A stretch of 32,000 nucleotides of DNA. Source: an uncultured archaeon. GTDB lineage: Archaea > Asgardarchaeota > Thorarchaeia > Thorarchaeales > Thorarchaeaceae. Position 1 is the stretch's first letter. Every line of letters starts with the position of its first letter. Below the pieces are notes generated by a model. The model saw only the letters and a list, made by a program, of their open reading frames with translations. It did no database searches and was not told the origin of the DNA. The stretch spans positions 28,606 to 60,605 of the forward strand of contig CAYHAA010000003.1 of assembly GCA_964354495.1 (NCBI GenBank). The letters are read 5' to 3'. Shown in pieces: positions 23,025 through 32,000 of the stretch. The position numbers were made by a program, and so were the translations under genes.

Positions 23025-24503
23025 TCAGTAGGACCGTGCTATGTAGACAACCGCGGTCGCCATCTTGCCACAGACTGGACATACTCCTGCAGGTTGTTCA
23101 TCAGTATCAATCCGGGTGCCACGGACCTCACCGCCCGTCCGATCCTTAATCTCGTCGGCACAGGGCTGACCTTCCATCTCAGTCGTACAGAAGGGGGTGC
23201 GAGCGATCTTACCCTTGTCTAATGCATCTTCAATGGTACCGATGGTGCCCGCATCAACTACGAGACCCACAAATTTCGATTCTGCCTCTGCTCGGAGATT
23301 CGCATCAATCTCTTTGCCCAGTGCAGACACTCTCTTCTTCAGGTCCTTGATTTCTACGGTCTCACGCTTCATCCAATCCCTGCGGAACACGACTGCCTTG
23401 TTCTCCTTAATATCACGAGGGCCTATCTCGACCCTGATTGGGACTCCCTTCATCTCCCAGAAGTTGTACTTCCAGCCGGGCGTATTATCAGTATTGTCTA
23501 GGTAGACTCTGAAACCAGCCTTCCGAAGTTCCTTCTGGATCTTTCTGCCGTATTCCTGTACCATCTCGGCATCCTTGCCCCTGTAGATAGGAATCACCAC
23601 AACCTGGTAGGGTGCAATCTTGAATGGGAGGCGGAGACCCTTGTTATCGCCATGGACTGATATCAGGGCGCCGAAGATTCTGGAGATTGCAGGCCCGTAG
23701 CATGTCTGCCATGCGTACACGGTCTCATTGTTCTCATTCAGGAACCTTATGTCAAATGCCTTGGCAAAGTTGTCACCTAGGTCGTGCGTCGAGGGAAGCT
23801 GAATCACCTTACCATCGGGCATGAGGGTATCCGCAGCGTATGTGTTCAGACCTCCCGGGAACTTATCCCACTGTGTTCTACGAAAGACCATCGCAGGAAT
23901 TCCAAAGTTTTCGGTCACGACTTCCTTTGTGGTTTCAAGGTCCTCCTGTACCTGAGCCATTACTTCATCATGAGTTGCAAAGACATTGTGGCTCTCTATC
24001 CACAGGAACTCTCTTCCTCTCAGGAAGGGGCGCGTGCTCTTGACCTCCGACCTGAAGACGGAACATCGTTGATATCGTTTAAGAGGCAGGTCACGCCAGC
24101 TCCTGACCCAGAGTGCATACATTGGATAGATCGCGGTCTCACTGGTGGGTCGGAGGGCTAGCCGTTCTTCGAGTTTTCCATCCTCGCCAGTATCCTGAAT
24201 CCAGAAGACCTGGGGAACAAATCCCGCCACATGGTGGGCCTCCTTTGTCAGGTTGCTCTCAGGAATGACAGTAGGAAATAGCATGGGCAAGTGGTCCTTG
24301 CGTTGGAGGACTTCCTCCAAGATGTCGAACATGTTGTTCATCGCCATCAGGCTCCATGGAAGAAATGGTGTGAACCCCTTCACGCCATACCTGATGTCGG
24401 CAAGCTCTGCAACCCTGCATATCTCGCCGTACCAATCGGGAAAGCTCTTCTCCTTGTCAATGTCAAAGATGGCACTCTTTGGTTGTTCATCTCTTGCGCT
24501 CAT
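23025..24503 (-). CDS. proS: Proline--tRNA ligase, archaeal/eukaryotic type
   Basis: LALRPTSET, RPFLRGREFLW.E.H, LGDNFAKAF, TCYGPAISRIFGALI..HGD.KGL, PGWKYNFWEMKGVPIR.EIGPRD, C-terminal CxxC and ARSY. The ATG at 24503 has GAGGAG upstream (alternative start 24530). Confidence 0.97.
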   Translation of the reverse strand: MSARDEQPKSAIFDIDKEKSFPDWYGEICRVAELADIRYGVKGFTPFLPWSLMAMNNMFDILEEVLQRKDHLPMLFPTVIPESNLTKEAHHVAGFVPQVFWIQDTGEDGKLEERLALRPTSETAIYPMYALWVRSWRDLPLKRYQRCSVFRSEVKSTRPFLRGREFLWIESHNVFATHDEVMAQVQEDLETTKEVVTENFGIPAMVFRRTQWDKFPGGLNTYAADTLMPDGKVIQLPSTHDLGDNFAKAFDIRFLNENNETVYAWQTCYGPAISRIFGALISVHGDNKGLRLPFKIAPYQVVVIPIYRGKDAEMVQEYGRKIQKELRKAGFRVYLDNTDNTPGWKYNFWEMKGVPIRVEIGPRDIKENKAVVFRRDWMKRETVEIKDLKKRVSALGKEIDANLRAEAESKFVGLVVDAGTIGTIEDALDKGKIARTPFCTTEMEGQPCADEIKDRTGGEVRGTRIDTDEQPAGVCPVCGKMATAVVYIARSY

Positions 24504-24654
24504 GATATTCTCCTCTGTTCTGAAGTTCATGGTATTGGCTAGGATATAGAATTAGCTGTCTATTGATGATATGGAACGCGTTCACCTAGCATTGTACGTT
24601 CACCAAAACTTTGTCTGTAATGTTCTTATTTAAAGGCTACCGTTGAGCCCGTCA

Positions 24655-25179
24655 CTATTGCTTGGTTGTTACATCGCCAATCTCTTGGACTCGTGTGTCA
24701 AGATTGTATTTCTTGATTAGTTCTACCACACCTGGTGGTACGAGCTTCTCCCACTCGCTGTTTTTCCAACGGATTAGGTCGCGGACGTGCTTTCCGGTAT
24801 ATGTTGATCTCTCTAGCAGTTTGGTGGAGTCGGTCACAACGCCTCCGTCCTCAAGAAGTCTTTTGACAAGGGGATTGTGGCTGTATGCCTTATCGAAATA
24901 GGGAACATACGACCGGATGTGACTCACCCAAAGGGGATGTATGTTGATGTCAGTGATTGGTACTATGTCAATTCGTTCGAGAGGTAGATTCTCATCAATA
25001 AGGGCGCGTTTGATGAACATGACCCTCTCGCCGCCCGAGAATGGATTATCTGGAGTGTGGGAGTACTGCGCGCTTCCGACAACAATGATGATGTCCTCAT
25101 CTTTTCCGAGAATCTGCTTGATTGTGTGAATGTGACCCTTGTGTATTGGTTGAAAACGCCCTATGAACAACGACTTCAT
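24655..25179 (-). CDS. nadM: Nicotinamide-nucleotide adenylyltransferase
   Basis: FIGRFQPIHKGH, VGSAQYSHT.DNPFSGGER, NPLVKRL, WEKLVP motifs. Confidence 0.95.
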   Translation of the reverse strand: MKSLFIGRFQPIHKGHIHTIKQILGKDEDIIIVVGSAQYSHTPDNPFSGGERVMFIKRALIDENLPLERIDIVPITDINIHPLWVSHIRSYVPYFDKAYSHNPLVKRLLEDGGVVTDSTKLLERSTYTGKHVRDLIRWKNSEWEKLVPPGVVELIKKYNLDTRVQEIGDVTTKQ

Positions 25180-25279
25180 TGTGACCAGCCTCTTTTGTTG
25201 CTCTACTTGTCAAATAAGGATATTGAGGAACGGCCAAGTTCTTAACAAGATTGAGGTGTGTAACTAGTAGGTAGTGTGC

Positions 25280-26341
25280 ATGATAGAGATTGACGGGTCC
25301 TATGGAGAAGGCGGAGGACAAATTCTACGTACAGCCATCTCGTTGTCCGCTCTCACACTGAGACCTGTTCGAATAACGAATATCCGTGCGAATAGACCTC
25401 AACCAGGGCTCAAGAAACAACATCTTGGCGGAGTCGAGCTGACAGCGATGTTGGTGGATGCGAGTGTCCAAGGCCTCCAAGTGGGCAGTACTGAGGTCGT
25501 ATTCCAGCCTAAGGAGCGACGCGGAGGTAATTTCAGTCTAGATGTGGGTACAGCTGGTTCAATCTCGCTCCTTCTTCAAGCAGCACTGCTTCCTGCGGTA
25601 CTCGCCCCCGAAGCAGTTGCTTTCAAATTACATGGAGGAACTGATGTCAGGTGGAGTCCTCCTATTGACTACCTCCGGGATGTGTTTGCAAAGATAGTGA
25701 CCAGACTGGGTCCATCCATAGAAATCAGGCAAGTACGGCGCGGTCACTATCCACGAGGCGGGGGTGAAGTGCTATGCCGAGTATCGCCAGTTCGGAATCT
25801 GAATAGCATCGAATTGGTTGAGTTCGGAGAGATGAAGGAGATATCAGGAGTTTCGCATTGCGTGCGTCTGCCAGCGCACGTGGCACAACGGCAAGCAGTA
25901 TCGGCGAGTGATGTGATTCGTGAGAAACTCGGTATTGAAGCATCAATTCAGATTGAATCGTATCCCAAAGACAATGACCCTCATCACGGCCCTGGGAGTG
26001 GTATCGTCATATGGGCTACATCAGAAACCGGAGCTGTCTTGGGAGCTGATAGCCTCGGTGAGAAGGGAGAGAGAGCTGAAGAAGTAGGAGGCCGAGCGGC
26101 ACAGCGTCTTGTCAAGGAGATCTCAACCGGAAAGGCAATAGACTCCCATCTCTGCGACATGTTGGTACCGTATCTTGCGATTGCTAGTGGAGTGAGCGAG
26201 GTGGGTGTGACAGAGATCACCTCGCATCTGGTCACTAATATTTGGGTTCTTGAGAGAATCCTTGGGACGAAAATGGAGCTTGAAGGCGCCGTAGGAGAGT
26301 CTGGAATCTTGAGAGTCCATGGACACGAACTACTCTCGTGA
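25280..26341 (+). CDS. rtcA: RNA 3'-terminal phosphate cyclase
   Basis: IEIDGSYGEGGGQILRTA, IRANRPQPGL..QH, GGTDV.WSPPID, RGHYPRGGG, D.HLCDML. Confidence 0.96.
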   Translation: MIEIDGSYGEGGGQILRTAISLSALTLRPVRITNIRANRPQPGLKKQHLGGVELTAMLVDASVQGLQVGSTEVVFQPKERRGGNFSLDVGTAGSISLLLQAALLPAVLAPEAVAFKLHGGTDVRWSPPIDYLRDVFAKIVTRLGPSIEIRQVRRGHYPRGGGEVLCRVSPVRNLNSIELVEFGEMKEISGVSHCVRLPAHVAQRQAVSASDVIREKLGIEASIQIESYPKDNDPHHGPGSGIVIWATSETGAVLGADSLGEKGERAEEVGGRAAQRLVKEISTGKAIDSHLCDMLVPYLAIASGVSEVGVTEITSHLVTNIWVLERILGTKMELEGAVGESGILRVHGHELLS

Positions 26342-27385
26342 GAGGGACTTCACATACTCATCAATCGATTCCTGCATTGGTTTCAGGTCAACCTCCTCAA
26401 GGGCATCCTGGAGAAGCTGATCTATACCAATCCGATTGACAGCTACAATCTCGTAGGCATTTGGAAGCCGCGCTCTCGCCACCTCAAGTTGGCTCTGAGG
26501 GGTGATGTCAATCTTGTTGAGAGCTATGAGGATAGGGTTCAGTGGAAACATCCGTTGAACCTCATTGAGTAGATTCATCTGCTGCTCGAACGACCACCCG
26601 CATGCCTCAGATGGATCGATCATGAAGATAATCACATTTGCGAGATATTTCAGGGCAGCAATAGCTTGGCGCTCAATATCATTCCGTTCACTCATAGGTC
26701 TATCCAGAATTCCAGGTGTGTCCACTATCTGGACAGTCTGATTAGCGACCTTGAGATGGCCCATGATCAATTTGCGTGTGGTGAATGGGTAGTATGCAAT
26801 CTCAGGCTCGGCCGTGGAGACCATCTTTACAAGTGTCGATTTGCCAACATTCGGAAATCCAGCACATACAATGGAGGGAATATTGGGTGCGACTCCAGGA
26901 AGCTTTGAAAGGACCTTCTTGGCTTCTATGATAAAATCCAGATTCGGTGCTGTTGCCCGCAGAATCGATGAGATTCTACCCTTCGCAGCACTACGGGTCT
27001 TCTTCATTTGACGAAAGTCAGTGCTCAGCTTCAGTGCCTCGGTGTGCTTGAATGTGATCTCATCAATTGCAGGAAGGCAATTGTAGACAGCGCCAAGAGC
27101 CTGCTTGAGTCTGTCTGTTCCAATGAGAATCTCAGTGAGCTCTAGATAGAATGGACTGAGTCTATCAATAGAGGGAAACTCCTCGACAACCTCGGTGATC
27201 TTTTCCTTCACTTGTTTTGTGAACTCTTGGAGCCTTGTGATTTCGCGTATCCTGGAACGGGCTTCTCGACTCATACGAAGCGAACTCTTCATACTCATTC
27301 GCATGGACCTATTATGCGCAACCTCGATGATCTCCTCTGCAGTCAGAATGGTAGGGACATCTGCAAATGGATTCAATCGAGTCAC
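26330..27385 (-). CDS. NOG1-family GTP-binding protein
   Basis: FPSIDRLSPFY.EL, AGFPNVGKST, PEIAYYPFTT, DTPGILDRPMSERNDIE.QAI.AL, NKID. Confidence 0.93.
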   Translation of the reverse strand: MTRLNPFADVPTILTAEEIIEVAHNRSMRMSMKSSLRMSREARSRIREITRLQEFTKQVKEKITEVVEEFPSIDRLSPFYLELTEILIGTDRLKQALGAVYNCLPAIDEITFKHTEALKLSTDFRQMKKTRSAAKGRISSILRATAPNLDFIIEAKKVLSKLPGVAPNIPSIVCAGFPNVGKSTLVKMVSTAEPEIAYYPFTTRKLIMGHLKVANQTVQIVDTPGILDRPMSERNDIERQAIAALKYLANVIIFMIDPSEACGWSFEQQMNLLNEVQRMFPLNPILIALNKIDITPQSQLEVARARLPNAYEIVAVNRIGIDQLLQDALEEVDLKPMQESIDEYVKSLSRE

Positions 27386-27488
27386 TTCAGGCAGCTCCGA
27401 AATCTATGATTACAGACAGTTCGCAAGAGTTTTAAAACGAGTGGACGTGACCAAGTCAGACGGACTCTCCTTCGGAGGCGCGTTTACT

Positions 27489-28079
27489 ATGTCATTTCCT
27501 ACTGGTGCCACTGTTGTTGGAATAAAATGCACTGATGGCGTTGTAGTCGCTACAGACACGTTGATTAGCTGGGGAACACTTATCCTCAGTGAGAAAGGAG
27601 TCAAGGCCTTCAAGCTGACAGACTCGATTGTATTGGCCTCGGCTGGACTGGTATCGGACTATCAGATGCTAGTGAATAGGCTCCAAGCGCAAATCAAACT
27701 GTACGAGCTCAACCAAAAGAAGCCTATCACTGTCAAGGCGCTTGCCAAGATGCTTGCAAACACACTCTATTCTATCAGAATGACGCCTCTCTATGTTCAG
27801 ACTGTTGTTATTGGAGTGGACTCCGGAGGCCCGCAGATGTACACATTGGACATGGGTGGGTCGCTCATCCCAGAGGACGTCACAGCCACTGGTACAGGTG
27901 ATAGGACCGCCTATGGTGTTCTTGAGAACTATTACAAGCCTGGGATCACAGTCAAAGAGGCTGAAGAAATAGCAATATCGGCTGTAAGAGCTGGTATCGC
28001 AAGAGACATCCAGTCAGGTGGCGATATCAGAATCATGACGGTGACCAAAGATGGGGTCACAGAACGCGTCATCAGTTGA
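27489..28079 (+). CDS. psmB: Proteasome subunit beta (lacks catalytic Thr1)
   Basis: TGATVVGIKCTDGVVVATD, AGLVSDYQML, ATGTG, RDIQSGG. The start was set at ATG 27489 after GGAGG; the longer ORF-track start overlaps nog1 antisense. Confidence 0.93.
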   Translation: MSFPTGATVVGIKCTDGVVVATDTLISWGTLILSEKGVKAFKLTDSIVLASAGLVSDYQMLVNRLQAQIKLYELNQKKPITVKALAKMLANTLYSIRMTPLYVQTVVIGVDSGGPQMYTLDMGGSLIPEDVTATGTGDRTAYGVLENYYKPGITVKEAEEIAISAVRAGIARDIQSGGDIRIMTVTKDGVTERVIS

Positions 28080-29368
28080 AGCGTGTGCATCAGGTGTGTC
28101 CACAGTCTATCTTCTTTAGAGCACATCCATCTTCACGGTATAGTATAGCCGCACTCATCGGATCTCTTGAGGCAGATCATCGACTCAGAGATCTTGAGAT
28201 TAGGGCACCAATCACTCTCAAGATGCAAGCTGTTCAGGAGAGTGTCGAGAGGGGCATGACTGTTGTTGCTCATTCTGTCATGAGTACGCAGGCCAAGAGA
28301 GTCTATGAAGAAGTCAGACGTATGAAAGAGATGTTTGGGGAGAAGGTCATCATAGTTGGAGGAGGACCACATGCCAGCGCCCGACCAAGAGACCTGCTAT
28401 CAAGTGGCTTTGACTATGTCGTGATCGGAGAGGGAGAACATGCATTTCCCGAGTTAATGGAGAGTCTAATGACCGGAAAAGATTCCTCAGGAATTCCTGG
28501 AGTTGTTGGAAGAGATACTGAAGTCTTGCCACAGCCACGAGACCTCCCCATCGTGAACTTGAACGATTATCCTCCGTTTGCCCTCGGTATGAACGTTGTT
28601 GGTCCCATTGAGGTCACGAGGGGGTGCCCATTCCAATGCAAGTTCTGTTGCACACCATTTCTAACAGGATGCAGAGTGAGGCATAGGTCTGTTGACTCCG
28701 TCACCAAATGGCTCACCCTGGCCGTGAAGAGGAGCGGATTCACGCGAGCATGGTTCCTGTCCCCTAACGCGCTCTCCTATGGAGGCACAGGGATGAAACC
28801 TGAACCGACGAAATTAGAGACCCTTCTGAGAGAGAGCACCAAGGTGGAGGGACTTGAAGAGGTGTATTTTGGCTCATTTCCATCCGAGGTCAGACCGGAG
28901 TTTGTGACCCGACCGATTCTAGAGATGTTGAGAGGCTACGTTGCCAACACATCAGTTCAGATTGGACTGCAATCGAGTAGTGACAGAGTCCTATCCAATG
29001 CCAATAGACACCATACAGTAGAGCAGGGAATGAGAGCTGTCGAGGTAGCACTCGACACGGGCTTCATCCCGCATGTCGATATGATATTCGGGCTTCCTGG
29101 AGAAACCGAGAAGGAGTTGCACGACAGTGTCGAGCTCTGTTATACGCTGGTCAATATGGGTGCAAAGATGCATGGGCATGTGTTCATGCCCCTGCCAGGA
29201 AGCACCTTCGAGAGCATGCCTCCAGGACGACTGAATCCTGAGAGTAGAAGACTGCTCGGTGAGCTCTCACGGCGAAAGGACATGACAGGTTCGTGGAGTG
29301 CTCAAGAGAATCTGGCTGAAGAACTCTGGTCGCAAAACAGAGAGCCTGAAGGCAGTCAGTCAAAATGA
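28076..29368 (+). CDS. B12-binding domain/radical SAM protein (TIGR04013-like)
   Basis: GGGPHASARP, DYVVIGEGE, EVTRGCPFQCKFC, GSFPSEVRPE, FMPLPGS. TTG start overlaps the psmB stop. Confidence 0.88.
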   Translation: MKRVHQVCPQSIFFRAHPSSRYSIAALIGSLEADHRLRDLEIRAPITLKMQAVQESVERGMTVVAHSVMSTQAKRVYEEVRRMKEMFGEKVIIVGGGPHASARPRDLLSSGFDYVVIGEGEHAFPELMESLMTGKDSSGIPGVVGRDTEVLPQPRDLPIVNLNDYPPFALGMNVVGPIEVTRGCPFQCKFCCTPFLTGCRVRHRSVDSVTKWLTLAVKRSGFTRAWFLSPNALSYGGTGMKPEPTKLETLLRESTKVEGLEEVYFGSFPSEVRPEFVTRPILEMLRGYVANTSVQIGLQSSSDRVLSNANRHHTVEQGMRAVEVALDTGFIPHVDMIFGLPGETEKELHDSVELCYTLVNMGAKMHGHVFMPLPGSTFESMPPGRLNPESRRLLGELSRRKDMTGSWSAQENLAEELWSQNREPEGSQSK

Positions 29369-29436
29369 TCATGGACCTTGCCAAATGCTGATAAGACAAC
29401 TGACAAAACAGACGTTGAATCGCATTGAGTCACGAC

Positions 29437-30384
29437 ATGCCTATGGAACTGAGAGCAAAGCTCGAAAGACAGGGGTATCACCTGTTCGGTAAGAGAGGCG
29501 CATACAAGGCATGCCAATGGCAGAAGAAGGCTCTGTTGCATGGCGATGTCTGCTATAAGGAGAAGTTCTATGGCATTGAGTCGCATCGTTGTGTTCAGAT
29601 GACTCCAGTGGTAGATAAGTGCACCCAGAGTTGCCACTTCTGCTGGCGTGTCACACCAGAGGATATCGGGGTCTCATGGGACCAGGTACATGTTTCAAAG
29701 GAAGATGTGGTTCCTGCCGATGAGTTGATGGATGCTGTTCTCATGGCAAATATACGGTCCTTGGGAGGGTACAATCCCAACGCAGGAGCAGATGTGCCCA
29801 TCAAGAAGTACCTAGAGGCAAGAGAACCAAAGCATGTGGCCATCTCTCTTGCCGGTGAGCCCACACTTTACCCATATATCAGCGAGTTGATTGATGAGGT
29901 AAAAGACAGGAGTATGACATCCTTTCTGGTCACTAATGGTACACGTCCTGACATTCTTCGAAAGATGTCGGAACCTACCCAGCTCTACGTGACACTTGCG
30001 GCCCCCAACGAGGAGACCTACAAGAGGCTGTGTCTACCGGGAGTACAGAGAGGATGGCAAAACATTCTCGAGAGTCAAGAGTCCCTGCAATCACTCAGCT
30101 GCAGGACTGTGAACAGATTGACAATGGTAGCAGACCAGAATATGCTGGACCCACGTGCCTATTCAGAATTGATCATGACAGGAGAGCCTGATTTTGTTGA
30201 GGTCAAGGGGTACATGTTCCTTGGTTCATCCAGACACCGCCTCGGAAGAGACAATGCCCCCTCTCACAGAGAGATACGAGCCTTCTCCAAGAAGCTGACA
30301 GACCTGACAGGTTATTACCTTGTAGACGAACAGACTGAGAGCAGGGTAGTACTTTTGTCCCAGAATAGACACATAAAGAAGTAG
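29437..30384 (+). CDS. taw1: 4-demethylwyosine synthase TYW1
   Basis: KACQW..KAL....CYK.KFYGI.SHRCVQMTP....CTQSCHFCWR, HVAISLAGEPTLYP, PDFVEVKGYMFLG.SR.RL. The ORF track starts at TTG 29425. Confidence 0.95.
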   Translation: MPMELRAKLERQGYHLFGKRGAYKACQWQKKALLHGDVCYKEKFYGIESHRCVQMTPVVDKCTQSCHFCWRVTPEDIGVSWDQVHVSKEDVVPADELMDAVLMANIRSLGGYNPNAGADVPIKKYLEAREPKHVAISLAGEPTLYPYISELIDEVKDRSMTSFLVTNGTRPDILRKMSEPTQLYVTLAAPNEETYKRLCLPGVQRGWQNILESQESLQSLSCRTVNRLTMVADQNMLDPRAYSELIMTGEPDFVEVKGYMFLGSSRHRLGRDNAPSHREIRAFSKKLTDLTGYYLVDEQTESRVVLLSQNRHIKK

Positions 30385-30408
30385 CAGCTAGATTGAGAGT
30401 GATCAGAT

Positions 30409-31044
30409 ATGGAGTTTTCAGCTATTCTTCAAGGTTTGAGAGACGAAATCGATGCAGATGATACGGTCCGAGAGAAGATACTGCCTTCCAGTAGGGAGGC
30501 AGTAAGAAAATGTAGTGAGTCTATCAAGAAGACGCACAAAGGAATGTATGCTGAAGCACGTGCCCTGATCACTGAAGTACATCAGATTATCGTGGATGCT
30601 GAGCATGACATGAATGATAGTGAATTCATATTGAAATCGAAGCCCTTGGACGTTGCGTATCAGGAACTAGCGGAGGCTGTCAATCTCCTATCGCTCATAG
30701 AACATGGCAAATTCACTGCACCTCAAGAGTACGGAATACCTTCAAGGCCATACCTTACTGGTCTTGCAGATGCTATTGGAGAACTTAGAAGAGCCGCCTT
30801 AGACTTCCTGCGACAGGATGATGTGGATAGAGCTGAGAGCCTTCTAGGCTTCATGGATGAGATACTCGAAGGGCTCCAGACATTTGACTACCCGAATGCA
30901 CTGGTACCGGATCTCAGAAGAAAGTGCGATGTGGGGAGATCTCTGATTGAGCGTACACGAGGTGACTTGACAAGAGCAGTCGGACAGAAACGGCTTGTGA
31001 AGGAGCTTTCGAGTTTTGAAAAACGATTGAAGAGCAGTCGATGA
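30409..31044 (+). CDS. Translin/TRAX-family protein (archaeal C3PO-like)
   Basis: AYQELAEA, YLTGLADAIGELRR, DYPNALVPDLRRKCDV.R.LIERT. Confidence 0.9.
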   Translation: MEFSAILQGLRDEIDADDTVREKILPSSREAVRKCSESIKKTHKGMYAEARALITEVHQIIVDAEHDMNDSEFILKSKPLDVAYQELAEAVNLLSLIEHGKFTAPQEYGIPSRPYLTGLADAIGELRRAALDFLRQDDVDRAESLLGFMDEILEGLQTFDYPNALVPDLRRKCDVGRSLIERTRGDLTRAVGQKRLVKELSSFEKRLKSSR

Positions 31045-31068
31045 GAGGAGTGTTCGCCAAGAGGAATA

Positions 31069-31752
31069 ATGATGATTACACCAGACATGTGGTTTACCCT
31101 GTATGCCCTTGCTAACAAGGGCGCGATTCATAGTAACACTGCCCTTACAACAGGTGATCTAGGAAATCTGATGAACGTCAGTCAGCAGACAGCCTCGAGG
31201 CGTATTGCACTCTGTGTAGAGGAGGGGTATCTGCAAAGGATACACACAGTAGATGGCATGCTTCTTCAGATTACTGACAAGGGAAGAGACGAGCTCCTTC
31301 GTGTTTTCTCGAGTCTTGAAGTGGCGTTTACACCGGTACAGGACAACATAGTCATAGAGGGACGCCTTGTCACGGGACTGGGAGAGGGTGCTTACTATGT
31401 GGACGCGTACGCCTCAAAACTCAGAGAGGCTCTTGGTTTCAAACCTTACTTGGGCACTCTAAATGTCAAGGTGACAGACGAGGACTCCCGAAGGGCTATT
31501 GGTAGAATGAAGAATACACCACCACTTGTCCTGAGTGGATTCCATCATGAGGGGCGCACCTTTGGAGATGTCATCTGCTATAGAGTCAAGGTGAACAACG
31601 AGATTGAAGCGGCAGTGGTAATGGCTCAGCGGACCCATCATAGCGAGGACATTCTTGAGGTTGTAGCTCCGGTGGACATCAGAAAGACGTTGAACATCGA
31701 TGATGATGCCAAGGTGACGCTGACCGTGATGCCACTGCATATGGCCACATAA
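31069..31752 (+). CDS. ribK: CTP-dependent riboflavin kinase with N-terminal HTH (RbkR type)
   Basis: HTH LGNLMNVSQQTASRRI..., then G.LVTGLGEGAYYV, LGFKPYLGTLNV, RTHHSEDILEVVAP. Confidence 0.94.
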   Translation: MMITPDMWFTLYALANKGAIHSNTALTTGDLGNLMNVSQQTASRRIALCVEEGYLQRIHTVDGMLLQITDKGRDELLRVFSSLEVAFTPVQDNIVIEGRLVTGLGEGAYYVDAYASKLREALGFKPYLGTLNVKVTDEDSRRAIGRMKNTPPLVLSGFHHEGRTFGDVICYRVKVNNEIEAAVVMAQRTHHSEDILEVVAPVDIRKTLNIDDDAKVTLTVMPLHMAT

Positions 31753-31764
31753 TGATAGGGAAAT

Positions 31765-32000
31765 CTAGGAGCCGAATCCGTACTTGCCAGTCAATGGAAC
31801 GAACGCGACGCCACCCCAATTTCGCTGAGATATTCTGCCATCATCATCTTTCTCAATCATCAGCAGGTCTTGAAAGAAACCTCGACTTCCTATGGGAATG
31901 AGCATTATGCCTCCAGGAGCTAACTGGTCCATTAGAGGTTCAGGTACTCTTGGAGCAGCGGCTGCAACAAGAATCCGATTAAAGGGGGCATGGTCAGGGA
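31765..32000 (-). CDS. pcm: Protein-L-isoaspartate O-methyltransferase, 3' end (partial)
   Basis: Minus frame reads HAPFNRILVAAAAPRVPEPLMDQLAPGGIMLIPIG...VAFVPLTGKYGFGS* (TAG 31765-31767). Confidence 0.92.
   Translation of the reverse strand, partial: PDHAPFNRILVAAAAPRVPEPLMDQLAPGGIMLIPIGSRGFFQDLLMIEKDDDGRISQRNWGGVAFVPLTGKYGFGS

Noticed and set aside
25280-26341. rtcA as part of a tRNA-splicing cluster with the intron-rich tRNAs
   Set aside because: It is about 19 kb away among unrelated housekeeping genes, and RtcA is widespread in archaea.
27195-27488. N-terminal extension of the proteasome beta ORF
   Set aside because: It overlaps nog1 antisense and the divergent promoter (TTTTAAAA); homology starts at ATG 27489.
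1-32000. CRISPR array or rRNA genes
   Set aside because: No regularly spaced repeats and no rRNA signature sequences were seen.

Overview
Archaeal chromosomal window of about 50% GC. The gene set looks Asgard/Thorarchaeia-like, which is an inference from archaeal ProRS, TYW1, translin, RbkR, RtcA, a proteasome beta subunit and a Vps29-like protein. Housekeeping blocks (1-4.8 kb and 14.5-32 kb) flank an accessory region (about 4.8-14.5 kb). The main result is not in the ORF track: 5688-5908 is a tRNA-Asn(GTT) gene that can be reconstructed into an exact 77-nt cloverleaf only by removing FIVE hairpin introns (positions 22/23, 28/29, 37/38, 43/44, 59/60). All five have bulge-helix-bulge (BHB) spacing, and the internal exons include two of 6 nt and one of 9 nt. 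The other two tRNAs, Glu(TTC) and Ile2(CAT), each carry a 29-nt non-canonical BHB intron. Directly downstream of tRNA-Asn lies a two-gene module: a HerA/VirB4-like ATPase plus a 912-aa protein with a free-standing double LAGLIDADG-like domain. A decayed region follows. It contains a 186-bp structured insertion splitting a TIGR04076-like gene, a gene with an internal amber codon, and a duplicated tail-to-tail gene junction. Next comes a DtxR-FeoA/feoB operon whose TATA box is bracketed by two DtxR-type operators. All family assignments come from motif recognition by eye; no database searches were run.
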